A stretch of DNA of 64,000 bases from a virus: positions 1 to 64,000 of the IMG/VR virus record IMGVR_UViG_3300023223_001973. One strand, written 5' to 3'. Position numbers and translations under genes: made by a program. How positions within the stretch are numbered: position 1 is the first letter of the stretch; the number at the start of each line of letters is the position of its first letter. The notes below the pieces were generated by a model. That model ran no database searches, had not been told where the DNA came from, and saw only the letters and a program-made list of their open reading frames with translations. Shown piece after piece: positions 46,582 to 55,632 of the stretch.

Positions 46582-46955
46582 ACCCGGAGCTGTTAAACCA
46601 GGTCACTTCTGCAGAGAAGTATTTCGAGAACACTCGGTATCATAGGGAGTTAACTGCTGTTCTTGATGCGTTTAAGCGCGAGGATGAGGCAGAACTGAAG
46701 GTATCCCTTAGCAAGTTACCGACGTACTCCGAGCTACTGAAGACGTTGATTCGGAAGCTTAAAGGTAAGTCGGTGTACAGTACCTTGAAACGCTTGTCTA
46801 CGGGGAATCCAAGGAGTAAGTGGGATGCGTTGAAGGGGCTTACTTCTCTGGCAACTCATGCCTGTATTGAGTGTGAGAGGGGGAGTACTGAGTATCGCTT
46901 GGTTTTAGCTCATCTTTACGAGAAGATTGGTGCTAGTCTGTTTTCTAAGGAGTGA
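46578..46955 (+). CDS. Hypothetical head-region protein
   Basis: GTGA overlap. Confidence 0.6.
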   Translation: MNPELLNQVTSAEKYFENTRYHRELTAVLDAFKREDEAELKVSLSKLPTYSELLKTLIRKLKGKSVYSTLKRLSTGNPRSKWDALKGLTSLATHACIECERGSTEYRLVLAHLYEKIGASLFSKE

Positions 46956-48655
46956 ACATGCAGGGTGACTTTCAGTCTTATATGCGTGAACAGGAAAGTA
47001 TTGTTCCTCTTCCTCTGAGGCACCCTGATGGGAATAAGGTCAGGCCAATAGGTCTGGATGAGGCTGAAGGTGATGAACCCCCTGAGGCTGGTAATGATGA
47101 GAAGGAGTTCTTTGGGTCTAAGGGGCCGGACCAGAACTTTTACTTCACCCGTGATGGTGAGGACCTCGTCATTATTGATGCTGAAGGCATCATCGTATTC
47201 TCTGCCGAGCAGCGTGATATTCCCACAGAAGACCTTGTCGATTTCCTGATCTCTGCTGCCCGTGACCTTGAATTGGACGCTGTGGCAATGGAGGTTCTCC
47301 AGCGTTATGATCTGCTTGCTCCTCGCAAGGATGAAGAGCAACCTGATGTTGTTACTCCTCCGCGCAGAGATACGGGTGCTGAGGAACCTGACTTGGGTTC
47401 CCAGGGGCCAACTGAACCTGTTGAAGATCCTCCGATGCCTGAATCTCGTGTGAACGAGATAAAGAAAGAAGATCACCCTTACTACGCTGTGGCTATGGAC
47501 TTTGTTCAGAAGTTCAATGATCTTGGTATCTCCGTTGATGTGCCTGAGGATACTATAGAGTTAGCAGGCCCTGGTGAGGAGTATGATCCTCATGATACTG
47601 AGTATGGTACAGTTCATGAAGAGTCTATAATGCTGTATCGTCCTTCGGATACAGGAAATGTTGCGGATTCTATTAACATCCAGAGTGATGGAATGGTCCA
47701 TAGCTTGGGTGACTTTGGTCAGTTTAATAAGCAGATGTCTGTTGAGGAAGTGGCTGTAATGCTTGACCAGCATCTGGCAAGGCTCAAGGGTCAGTCCACC
47801 ACTGAGCCTGCTATGCCAGAGGGTAAGGTACCTACCCACGCTCAGGATGATGAGAAAACCAAGAAGTCTCTCCTTGAGGAAGGTGAGCCTGTTGCTCCCT
47901 CTGAGGAGACTGATCTTGAGGATGAGGTAAAGCCCACTGAGACTCTCCCGAAGGAGAAGCTGGATGACGTGCCTGCTAAAGGTGCTGAAGCTACTCCGGG
48001 TGCTTCTACTTCGGGAACTGAGCCTGATGCTATTCCTGCAGAAGCCCCTGCTGTTGAGGAGCCTGCTGTTGAGGTTCCTGTTGAGGGGAAGCTTCCCACT
48101 CTTCCTGTTAAGTCGGAAGAGCAGTTGATTAATCAGCTTCGGGAGGAGTTCTTGGAAGAGGGTGATGCCAAGGGTCAGACCCACTATCAAGCTTCGAGGT
48201 CTCAGCAGCAGAACAAGAACTCAGCAGATGCATCGGCTACGTCGGCTTCTAAGTCTGGTGACACTCCTTCCAGTGATGCGATGTCTCAGTCTAAGACGTC
48301 GGCTTCCAAGTCACAGCAGCAGAATGCTAACTCATCCTCCGCTAAGACCTCTTCTGCTATGAATACAGGTGAGTCTGGTGGAACGGCTGCGCATCCGGGT
48401 GGTAAGTCCAAGCAGCAGAATGCTAATGCACCGGCGGCTTCTGACACGGCGGCTTCGAGGACTGGTGATCAACCCCCGAGTGATGCACTGGCTCAGGGTG
48501 GAGTGAGGACTCCAAAGTCTGGTCAGCAGAATACCAACAAGAAGGACGCTCCTGCTACATCTTCTCAGCGTGCTTCCAGTGAGCGTAGGCGTCGTCTGCG
48601 CATGAGGACTGCAGTTGAGCGTAGGAAACGTCGGTTAGCGAGGGAAAGTAAGTAG
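46952..48655 (+). CDS. Acidic prohead-core-like protein with C-terminal SxQQN repeats
   Basis: Between portal and protease; four SQQQN/SKQQN/SGQQN repeats; Arg-rich end. Confidence 0.6.
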   Translation: MNMQGDFQSYMREQESIVPLPLRHPDGNKVRPIGLDEAEGDEPPEAGNDEKEFFGSKGPDQNFYFTRDGEDLVIIDAEGIIVFSAEQRDIPTEDLVDFLISAARDLELDAVAMEVLQRYDLLAPRKDEEQPDVVTPPRRDTGAEEPDLGSQGPTEPVEDPPMPESRVNEIKKEDHPYYAVAMDFVQKFNDLGISVDVPEDTIELAGPGEEYDPHDTEYGTVHEESIMLYRPSDTGNVADSINIQSDGMVHSLGDFGQFNKQMSVEEVAVMLDQHLARLKGQSTTEPAMPEGKVPTHAQDDEKTKKSLLEEGEPVAPSEETDLEDEVKPTETLPKEKLDDVPAKGAEATPGASTSGTEPDAIPAEAPAVEEPAVEVPVEGKLPTLPVKSEEQLINQLREEFLEEGDAKGQTHYQASRSQQQNKNSADASATSASKSGDTPSSDAMSQSKTSASKSQQQNANSSSAKTSSAMNTGESGGTAAHPGGKSKQQNANAPAASDTAASRTGDQPPSDALAQGGVRTPKSGQQNTNKKDAPATSSQRASSERRRRLRMRTAVERRKRRLARESK

Positions 48656-48683
48656 GTTCTTTCTGACTCTGTAGGAGAGTAAT

Positions 48684-50285
48684 ATGTTTCTTAATGAACG
48701 GTTCCTGGTCAAGTCTGAACTTCTTGAGATGGAGACCAAGAACCTCCCTCAGGGTGTGCTTCTTCGTGTTACTTACCCCGTATGCAACATTGGGGAGAGG
48801 AACCACAACAACCGGATCTATGAGGTACAACTGTGGGAGCAAGTCCTGGCAGAGAAGGATCTAAAGGAGAAGCTTGCTGCTCGCACGCTCTTCGGTCATG
48901 CTGAGCACCCGGAAACCACAGCATCCAATGTGGAGAAGGTCTCCCATGTCATTACCAAGATGTGGCTGGATGAGGAGATTGGAAAGCTGAAGCAGACCTT
49001 CGAGGTCCTGGACACTCCTTATGGTCGTATTGTAGCCACTCTTCTGAATGCTAACTGTGGCCTGGGTTGCTCGACTCGTGCAGAGGGTGACCTGGAGGAG
49101 AAGGAAGACGACAAGGGCAAGTACCATCGCGTTATCCCTGAATCCTACCGCTATATTACTACAGACTTTACCGCTGATCCTTCTACGATTGGTGTATATC
49201 CCGAGAGTATTGAGAACCATCTGGTTAGTCAGGTTAAGGCTGGTATGGAAGCCAAGAAGATGGATCCAGCCTTTGCGTGTGCTCTGCTGGAGGGGATGAA
49301 GAGTAAGGATGCCAAGGTCCTCCTTGAGTCTATCAAGGAAATGCATGGTGGTGATGCACATTCTAAGCCTGCCTCAGACATGGAATCTCCACCTATGCCA
49401 CCGGCAACCAATCCTGAAGCAGCTCTGGAAGCCATGTATACCTGTCCCAAGTGTGGCAAGGAAGCCATGTATGAGATCACCTCTGAGAAGATCAACTGCG
49501 AGTGTGGCTCCTTCATGAAGAAGAACGAGCAGTATGAGTCTCGCTTGGTCTTCGAGGACTTTGATGCTGCAGTGGCCTGGTTTACTGAGGCATTTGCCAA
49601 GATTGCTGATGAGGAGCTTCAGGATAAGGTCAGGCAGGTTAAGGGTGCTCTGACTGAGAGCAGACCCTCTGCCATTTCCAAGCAGATGCGGTCACTTCGT
49701 GGTCAACTTGCTGAGTCTAAGGCTGAACTCTCGGTCTTGGGTGAGATTGATGAGGAACGAGCCTCTGGTCTGATTGCTGCCATAAAGCAGGTTGCGGAAT
49801 TAGAGGCACTCATGGCTACTGTGGAGTCCAAGTCCCATGAAGATAAGGAAGCTTTCGGAAGGAAGCTCATGAAGTCTCTTAAGGCTTCCATGAAGGAGAG
49901 ACTTGCCACTGAAGCTACAAGCAGGCAGAAGTTAGAGGCTAAGTATAGTACAGTTTCTTCTGAGACTGGAACCTTAAGGGCAAAGATTGAGGAGCTTCAG
50001 GGGCAGGTAGCCACGCAGGCCAAAGCCCATAATCAGGAGCTTATCAAGAAGTACGCTCAGGTTACCGTGGAGAAGACAGGACTGAAGCTTTCGAAGCAGT
50101 TTCAAGCACTTCTTGAAAAGGCATCCTCGGAAACTGAAGTCGATAACATGCTTGATCGAGTCAGGGATGAAATAACTGAAGGGATGATACATTCTGCGAT
50201 CCCTGCCCTGAAGGTTAAGCCTGATGCCTCGGAACCAAAGGATGTGATCTCGGAAAGTATTCACAGTGCTATGGAAGGTATGTAA
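48684..50285 (+). CDS. Prohead protease (T4 gp21-like) fused to coiled-coil scaffold
   Basis: NHNNRIY, GHAEHP, LDTPYG, GCSTRAEG, DFTADPS; long helical C-terminus. Confidence 0.88.
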   Translation: MFLNERFLVKSELLEMETKNLPQGVLLRVTYPVCNIGERNHNNRIYEVQLWEQVLAEKDLKEKLAARTLFGHAEHPETTASNVEKVSHVITKMWLDEEIGKLKQTFEVLDTPYGRIVATLLNANCGLGCSTRAEGDLEEKEDDKGKYHRVIPESYRYITTDFTADPSTIGVYPESIENHLVSQVKAGMEAKKMDPAFACALLEGMKSKDAKVLLESIKEMHGGDAHSKPASDMESPPMPPATNPEAALEAMYTCPKCGKEAMYEITSEKINCECGSFMKKNEQYESRLVFEDFDAAVAWFTEAFAKIADEELQDKVRQVKGALTESRPSAISKQMRSLRGQLAESKAELSVLGEIDEERASGLIAAIKQVAELEALMATVESKSHEDKEAFGRKLMKSLKASMKERLATEATSRQKLEAKYSTVSSETGTLRAKIEELQGQVATQAKAHNQELIKKYAQVTVEKTGLKLSKQFQALLEKASSETEVDNMLDRVRDEITEGMIHSAIPALKVKPDASEPKDVISESIHSAMEGM

Positions 50286-50318
50286 ACTTTAACTTCACTC
50301 TCTAAGGAGACGGGTACC

Positions 50319-51809
50319 ATGAAGAATAATAACGAAGCTATTGCGGCAGCAGTACAGAGTCGCATGGATGAGATGACGAACCGTCGTTCAGCTCTGGTTA
50401 ATAGCTGGGCCAAGTACGTCAACGCCGTGGATACCTACGTCAAGGAGAAGCGGGGTAACTCCCTGTCGGACTGGGAGAAGATGAACATCGCCCAGTGTCT
50501 CGAAAACGCTCTTATTGAGGGTGGGCTTCGCCAGAATGCCCTGTTCGAGACGACCTTCGCCGACAACATCACCTTCCTGGGCATTCAGCTGCCCGTGATT
50601 GCTGCCTTGCTGCCGTCTCTCGTGCTGAACGAGATCGGCATGGTGCAGGCTCTGGATCGCCGGCAGGGTGCGGTGTTCTATCTGGACCTGCAGTATGGTA
50701 CCACGAAGGGTAACGTGGCCTCCGGAACGGACATGATCAACGCCCAGACGGGCCATGATCGGACCACGCAGGGTCGGAGGTTTGCTACGAACCGAATCAA
50801 TCAAGAAGCCCTCGGCACTGGTGACGGATCGACGGCCACCTTCGCCGGGACTCTGGACTTCAAGCCCGTGAGAGTAGATGGTGACGTCACAGTGCTTCCT
50901 GATGGCGCCATTTCGATCACTGATGGTCTTGAGACCTTCACGGACTCCACGGGGAGTGGGACGCTCACTGGCGACCTTGGTGGCACGGGTACCATCACAT
51001 ACGCCACAGGCGTGTTCAGCGTCACCTTTAACACCGCTCCTGTGTTGGCTGCCGTTGTCTCCGCGTCCTACCGCTTCAACATGGATCGGGATACGACCGG
51101 GATCGGTGAGGTCAACGTCTCGATGCGGTCCGAGAATATTACCGCTGAGGACTTCAAGCTGCGGGCAAACTTCTCCCTGGGTGCAGCCATTGACCTGGAG
51201 AAGGCACATGGGCTGAAGTTGGAGTCCGAGCTGGTCAAGTTCCTGGGTGGAGAGATCAAGTTCGAGATTGACCACTTGGGTATCGACGTGATCAGGGAAG
51301 CTGCGGAAGGGGCCAATGCAGCCACGGCGGTGGGTACCTGGACCGCTACCCCGACCGATGGACAGGAATGGCTCTGGAAGAAGTACGAGTTCAACGACCA
51401 GATCGAAAAGGGCTCGAACTTCATCTTCGCCAAGACGTTGCGCGGGATGGCGACCTTCATCCTATGCGGAAACAACGTGGCGCGGGTATGCAAGCAGCTG
51501 ACCCCGCACTTCAAGGCAGCCCCGGGTCTGGACAAGCAGAAGCCCACGGGCCCGATGGTTATCGGCACACTCGACGGCCGCACCGTGGTTCAGGACCCCT
51601 TCCTCCCGATCAACCGGTACTACCTGGGATTCAAGGGTGACAGTTACCTGTTCTCCGGCTTCATATATGCCCCATACATTCCGCTGTTCGCAACCCCCAC
51701 CCTGGTAACCGCTGACACCCTTGCCCAGAAGGGCTTCTTCAGTGCTGCCGGCTTCAAGATGATTAATGAAGGTCTGTACAACTTCGGCGATATCGCAGGC
51801 CTGCTCTAA
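50319..51809 (+). CDS. Major capsid protein (T4 gp23-like)
   Basis: MVQAL...GAVFYL; KLRANFSLGAAIDLEKAHG; EIKFEID; GFKG...YAPYIP. Confidence 0.92.
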   Translation: MKNNNEAIAAAVQSRMDEMTNRRSALVNSWAKYVNAVDTYVKEKRGNSLSDWEKMNIAQCLENALIEGGLRQNALFETTFADNITFLGIQLPVIAALLPSLVLNEIGMVQALDRRQGAVFYLDLQYGTTKGNVASGTDMINAQTGHDRTTQGRRFATNRINQEALGTGDGSTATFAGTLDFKPVRVDGDVTVLPDGAISITDGLETFTDSTGSGTLTGDLGGTGTITYATGVFSVTFNTAPVLAAVVSASYRFNMDRDTTGIGEVNVSMRSENITAEDFKLRANFSLGAAIDLEKAHGLKLESELVKFLGGEIKFEIDHLGIDVIREAAEGANAATAVGTWTATPTDGQEWLWKKYEFNDQIEKGSNFIFAKTLRGMATFILCGNNVARVCKQLTPHFKAAPGLDKQKPTGPMVIGTLDGRTVVQDPFLPINRYYLGFKGDSYLFSGFIYAPYIPLFATPTLVTADTLAQKGFFSAAGFKMINEGLYNFGDIAGLL

Positions 51810-51832
51810 ATCACGAAGCATACAAAGTTGCT

Positions 51833-51875
51833 AAGGAAGGGGGAGGACCTAAAATCCTTCCCCTTCTTTCGTTTT
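51833..51875 (+). terminator. Rho-independent terminator after the capsid gene
   Basis: AAGGAAGGGGGAGGA-CCTAAAA-TCCTTCCCCTTCTTT then CGTTTT. Confidence 0.8.
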
Positions 51876-52019
51876 AATTAAGTCACTTGGCTCGTACCTG
51901 GCATTAATTAGGCTTCTTGAGTAGACCACTCCCTCCGTATTATATCTTCTACTTCAGACAAGGCATTCCTCGCGTATTATCTTGAGATGCATTATCTTTC
52001 CACTTGAAAGGAGGTTGGC

Positions 52020-52463
52020 ATGATCACTGAACGTATGGTTTGTTCTTCTAACATGAAGCTTGGTGCTAACAAGAAGGTCTATGACCTTAAGGCTCATGTT
52101 CCTCAGGAAGTTGAGTTTGCTGATAAGGCTGAGCTGGATGCTCTTAAGGCTGTAATACCCGGGTTTACGGTCGCTCCTATCGCTCCTGCTGGCCCTGGTG
52201 TTGAGAACTTGTCGGCTCCTGCCACTCCTCCTGCACCACCCCCGGTTCCTACAACTATTCCTCCTACTCCTCAGCCTCCTGAAGAGGTAGATGATTCCAA
52301 GGACCCACGTCTTCCCAGTGACACCGGTGGCGAGGTTAAGCTGCTGACTGGGTTGAAGTCGATGAAGAAGGCTGAGCTGATCAAGCTCTGTACAGATAAG
52401 GGGTTGGATTCCAAGGGAACTAAACCTGAACTGGTCGAGAGGCTCGAAGCTTTGCAGCTCTAA
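52020..52463 (+). CDS. SAP-domain protein with Pro-rich linker
   Basis: C-terminal LKSMKKAELIKLCTDKGLDSKGTKPELVERL. Confidence 0.75.
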   Translation: MITERMVCSSNMKLGANKKVYDLKAHVPQEVEFADKAELDALKAVIPGFTVAPIAPAGPGVENLSAPATPPAPPPVPTTIPPTPQPPEEVDDSKDPRLPSDTGGEVKLLTGLKSMKKAELIKLCTDKGLDSKGTKPELVERLEALQL

Positions 52464-52478
52464 ATTCCTGGGGTAAAC

Positions 52479-53513
52479 ATGACTCTGCTAGAGATCCAGC
52501 GGTGGCTGGCTCGTGAGTTTGATCCGATTAAGCTAGCTACCCCTGGTGAGACAATTGAGCAGCACGTTCTGAATGCGGTCCGCTATTGGAATAACCATTC
52601 CGCTTATCGTTTCATTCGCATGTATAATGCGACTACGGCACGTGACCCTAATAATCCTAATACCTTCGGTACAAGGATACAGATCTCCTCTCAGTATAAG
52701 CATGTGGCTCAGGTGTTCCCTGCCTCTGATACTGAGTTTGTCTTTAGGTCGCATCCCCTTTGGACTCTCCTTGGATTTACCATAGTTGATAATGTCACTT
52801 CGGATCTTATCCTCCTGGGTGAGACCTATCGGAACTATCGCTACTATATTGGTGAAGATTTCAAGTGGCAGTTCGAGCCTGAATTTGATCCTGCTGTGGG
52901 TGGTTTCCTCTATCTTCATCAGCTGCCTATAGATTCCAACAGAGTTGCAGTAGTGGGTTCAAGAAGGATTGTTCTCTCAACGACTGCTGCTATTCTAACG
53001 GGTAATCGATCTACTTTTACTCAGAGGGCAGGTGATACGATCAAGATTATTGCTGACGGTGTCGTATTTGATGACATTGACATGAATGTAGCCACTGTGT
53101 CCGAAGTAGCAGTCAATATTAATGGTGCCGCAGGCCAGACTATAGCTACTTTGAATGTTAATGGATTCCTGGTTCTTACTTCCCTTGCCCAGGGCTATAA
53201 TGCGACTATGCAGATCCTGGATGGCACTAATAGCAATGGTGGTGAGGCCAATAAGTTGTATGCTGGTATTCCTCAGTTTATTGATGGTATTGGTGATGCT
53301 GACATTGTGGATCAGTATATTCTGGACTTCCTTCTGTATTATTCTAAGGCTCTTCTTCAGCAGGCTGAGGGGCGTCTGCTTCGGAAAGGTGACATCATTG
53401 GTGCTAAGAATGATGGTGATACCATGATGAAGGAAGGTAAGCAAGAGCAGACAGAGCTGGAGAAGAGGTTGTCCTATGAAGGTAGGTGGCTCGCGTTAAC
53501 CCGGAAGGGGTAG
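52479..53513 (+). CDS. Neck/head-completion protein (gp13-like)
   Basis: Position after MCP; YSKALLQQAEGRLLRK...NDGDTMMKEG..E..ELE. Confidence 0.65.
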   Translation: MTLLEIQRWLAREFDPIKLATPGETIEQHVLNAVRYWNNHSAYRFIRMYNATTARDPNNPNTFGTRIQISSQYKHVAQVFPASDTEFVFRSHPLWTLLGFTIVDNVTSDLILLGETYRNYRYYIGEDFKWQFEPEFDPAVGGFLYLHQLPIDSNRVAVVGSRRIVLSTTAAILTGNRSTFTQRAGDTIKIIADGVVFDDIDMNVATVSEVAVNINGAAGQTIATLNVNGFLVLTSLAQGYNATMQILDGTNSNGGEANKLYAGIPQFIDGIGDADIVDQYILDFLLYYSKALLQQAEGRLLRKGDIIGAKNDGDTMMKEGKQEQTELEKRLSYEGRWLALTRKG

Positions 53514-53515
53514 CA

Positions 53516-54313
53516 ATGAGCCGGGAACTGCTAGAAGTCACTCTAGATGCTCTCCTTAAGCAGCAGAGTTCTATTACACAGGCCTTTCCCCAGTTTTATG
53601 ATAGGGTTAAGGCTATTGCTCGTAAGGGCGGAGTGCGACTGAAGGAGTTGAGACCTGATGGTGTATGGCGTTTCTCTTGCCAGTCAGGGACTAAACAAAA
53701 TGTACGGTATGATGTCTTTGTTAGGTTCTCTGGGATCGGTAGGGCTATCGAGCAGGCTGCCTCTGATGCTCAGTATTGGAAGAAGGATAAGTCTGGCCTG
53801 AATGCCACGGCTCTAGCCAATGATGTTATCTACAACTCCGACATCCAAACCTACTGCGAGTGTCCCGCGGATCTATACTGGGCCCACCAGTATACTCGAT
53901 CTAAGTCCACTTTTAATGCCAAGTACACGCTCGACATTACCCAAGCTCCGTCCAGAAACAATGTTGCTCAGAGAGGGGCCTTCTGTAAGCACACCCAGCT
54001 GGTCATCGATGTCCTCCCGATGTACCATAGCTCGGTGGCTAAGTATCTTAAAGACCACTACGCCAAGGAGATGAAGGCTGCTGAGGATGTTAATCGAACT
54101 GCGATTACTGGAAAGGAACCTGAAAAGAAGATCATAGTTCCTGGCGAGGTGAAGCCTAAGCCTGGGAAGAGGATTATTACTCCTACGGAAGAACCTGAAG
54201 AGGAACCCGAGGAGAAGAAACCTAAGGAAGAGCCTGAGAAGGAGCCGGAAGAAGACGAGGAAGAGGAGACTGAGGAAGAGCCTGAAGACGAGGAAGAGGA
54301 GAATAAAAAGTGA
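53516..54313 (+). CDS. SWIM-like Zn-finger phage protein with acidic tail
   Basis: YCECPADLYW...FCKH. Confidence 0.6.
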   Translation: MSRELLEVTLDALLKQQSSITQAFPQFYDRVKAIARKGGVRLKELRPDGVWRFSCQSGTKQNVRYDVFVRFSGIGRAIEQAASDAQYWKKDKSGLNATALANDVIYNSDIQTYCECPADLYWAHQYTRSKSTFNAKYTLDITQAPSRNNVAQRGAFCKHTQLVIDVLPMYHSSVAKYLKDHYAKEMKAAEDVNRTAITGKEPEKKIIVPGEVKPKPGKRIITPTEEPEEEPEEKKPKEEPEKEPEEDEEEETEEEPEDEEEENKK

Positions 54314-55230
54314 ATGTTCCTGACCTGACCAATCGCATCATTAATGAGACGACGTTTGCTGATGCTATTGCCTTCCTCCCATCCCACCTTCCTGATATGA
54401 AGAAGGCTATTCTGCCTCTGACCAAGGATAAGAAGAAATGGAAGATAGAGATCCTTGAGCAGGACCTTGATACTTATTATGTCAAGTTTGAGGACCGCCT
54501 GGCAGTCTCTGTCAAGAAGAGGTATATGGAGCACTTCATGAGGAACATATTTGGTTCCCGTGCTCCTGTTATCCAGCACATAATGGAGGTTGACCTGTCA
54601 TTATCTCTCTCGGAGGCTGTAGAGGACACTATTAAGGATGAGATGAAGCGTCTGAAGAGGGTGTTGAAGGGTCTGCCTAGGCGTAATCCTTACCGTCAGA
54701 GTGTTGTGAATTTTGCTGCCTTTAAACAGTACTTGGGGCCTAATCTTCAGGATATAACAGGTGCTGAAGTTCTCATCAATCTCAATCAGTATGACCAGGA
54801 TGTTGACAACCTTCTGACAGCTGTGAAGAGGGAGTACAACGATGACTTGGGTCAACTCCAGTTGCTGATTCAGGCCATGGAGCAGTCCCGACCTGTCGGG
54901 CAGTTCCCCATCTTTGACCGGTATACCACATTTATGGGTGCAACACTACGCCGTCCTGACCCAGACGTAGAGTTGGAGTATCAGGTCGGTGTGTTTATGA
55001 CCCAAGTACCGTTTGAGTCTGTCACTGCCAGTGATGATGAGTTCCTTGAAGAGTTAGATGATGCTTTGGTCAAGACTAGTGGGATGAAAGCTTACCCCCG
55101 GGGTAAGAACTTTACTGGTGGGTTCTTCGTGAGTTTAGCTGATGAGATAATGGACGCTGAAGAAGAGGAGGAGCCTGCTGCTCCCCCTGAAGAGGAGGAC
55201 GAAGATGGCGACGGCGAAGAAAGCCCTTGA
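54310..55230 (+). CDS. Hypothetical protein
   Basis: 306 aa, acidic tail. Confidence 0.65.
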   Translation: MNVPDLTNRIINETTFADAIAFLPSHLPDMKKAILPLTKDKKKWKIEILEQDLDTYYVKFEDRLAVSVKKRYMEHFMRNIFGSRAPVIQHIMEVDLSLSLSEAVEDTIKDEMKRLKRVLKGLPRRNPYRQSVVNFAAFKQYLGPNLQDITGAEVLINLNQYDQDVDNLLTAVKREYNDDLGQLQLLIQAMEQSRPVGQFPIFDRYTTFMGATLRRPDPDVELEYQVGVFMTQVPFESVTASDDEFLEELDDALVKTSGMKAYPRGKNFTGGFFVSLADEIMDAEEEEEPAAPPEEEDEDGDGEESP

Positions 55231-55630
55231 GGTTTATAAGGCTCTTCTCAGGGTCTTTGGTGATTATGCAGACGATGTCCCTGCCACTGGTGTTGATCGT
55301 TATTTTAACATGGCAGTGGAGAAGGGTCAGTCTGTCATTCCTCGGGATGAGAAGGCTCTTCAGATCCTACATTCTATCCTCTGTCAGGGGGATCATACCT
55401 CAGCTTACAGGACCTCAGCCTTGCTGAATATGCGGTTTGCTGACCTTGCTGCTAACTATAGCCCTGTCTATGTGGATGGTGAGCATCAGGGTGAGGCCTA
55501 CTGGAAGAAGGGTGATGATCTCTATGACAGGGTACAGGCGTTGTTGAATTTCGAGGGGCCGAAAGGGTCATGGACTGACGCTGAAGGTAAAAACGTTACG
55601 GTTCAGATCCCTCCCCCTAAGGAGGAGTAA
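55205..55630 (+). CDS. Hypothetical protein
   Basis: GAGGAGG RBS. Confidence 0.65.
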   Translation: MATAKKALEVYKALLRVFGDYADDVPATGVDRYFNMAVEKGQSVIPRDEKALQILHSILCQGDHTSAYRTSALLNMRFADLAANYSPVYVDGEHQGEAYWKKGDDLYDRVQALLNFEGPKGSWTDAEGKNVTVQIPPPKEE

Positions 55631-55632
55631 GG

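Noticed and set aside
50388-51275. 295-aa antisense ORF
   Set aside because: Shadow of the capsid gene.
40130-51980. CGTATTAT at 40130, 51936 and 51973 as a second promoter class
   Set aside because: Intergenic and suggestive, but no consistent -35 element or spacing; too few copies to support.
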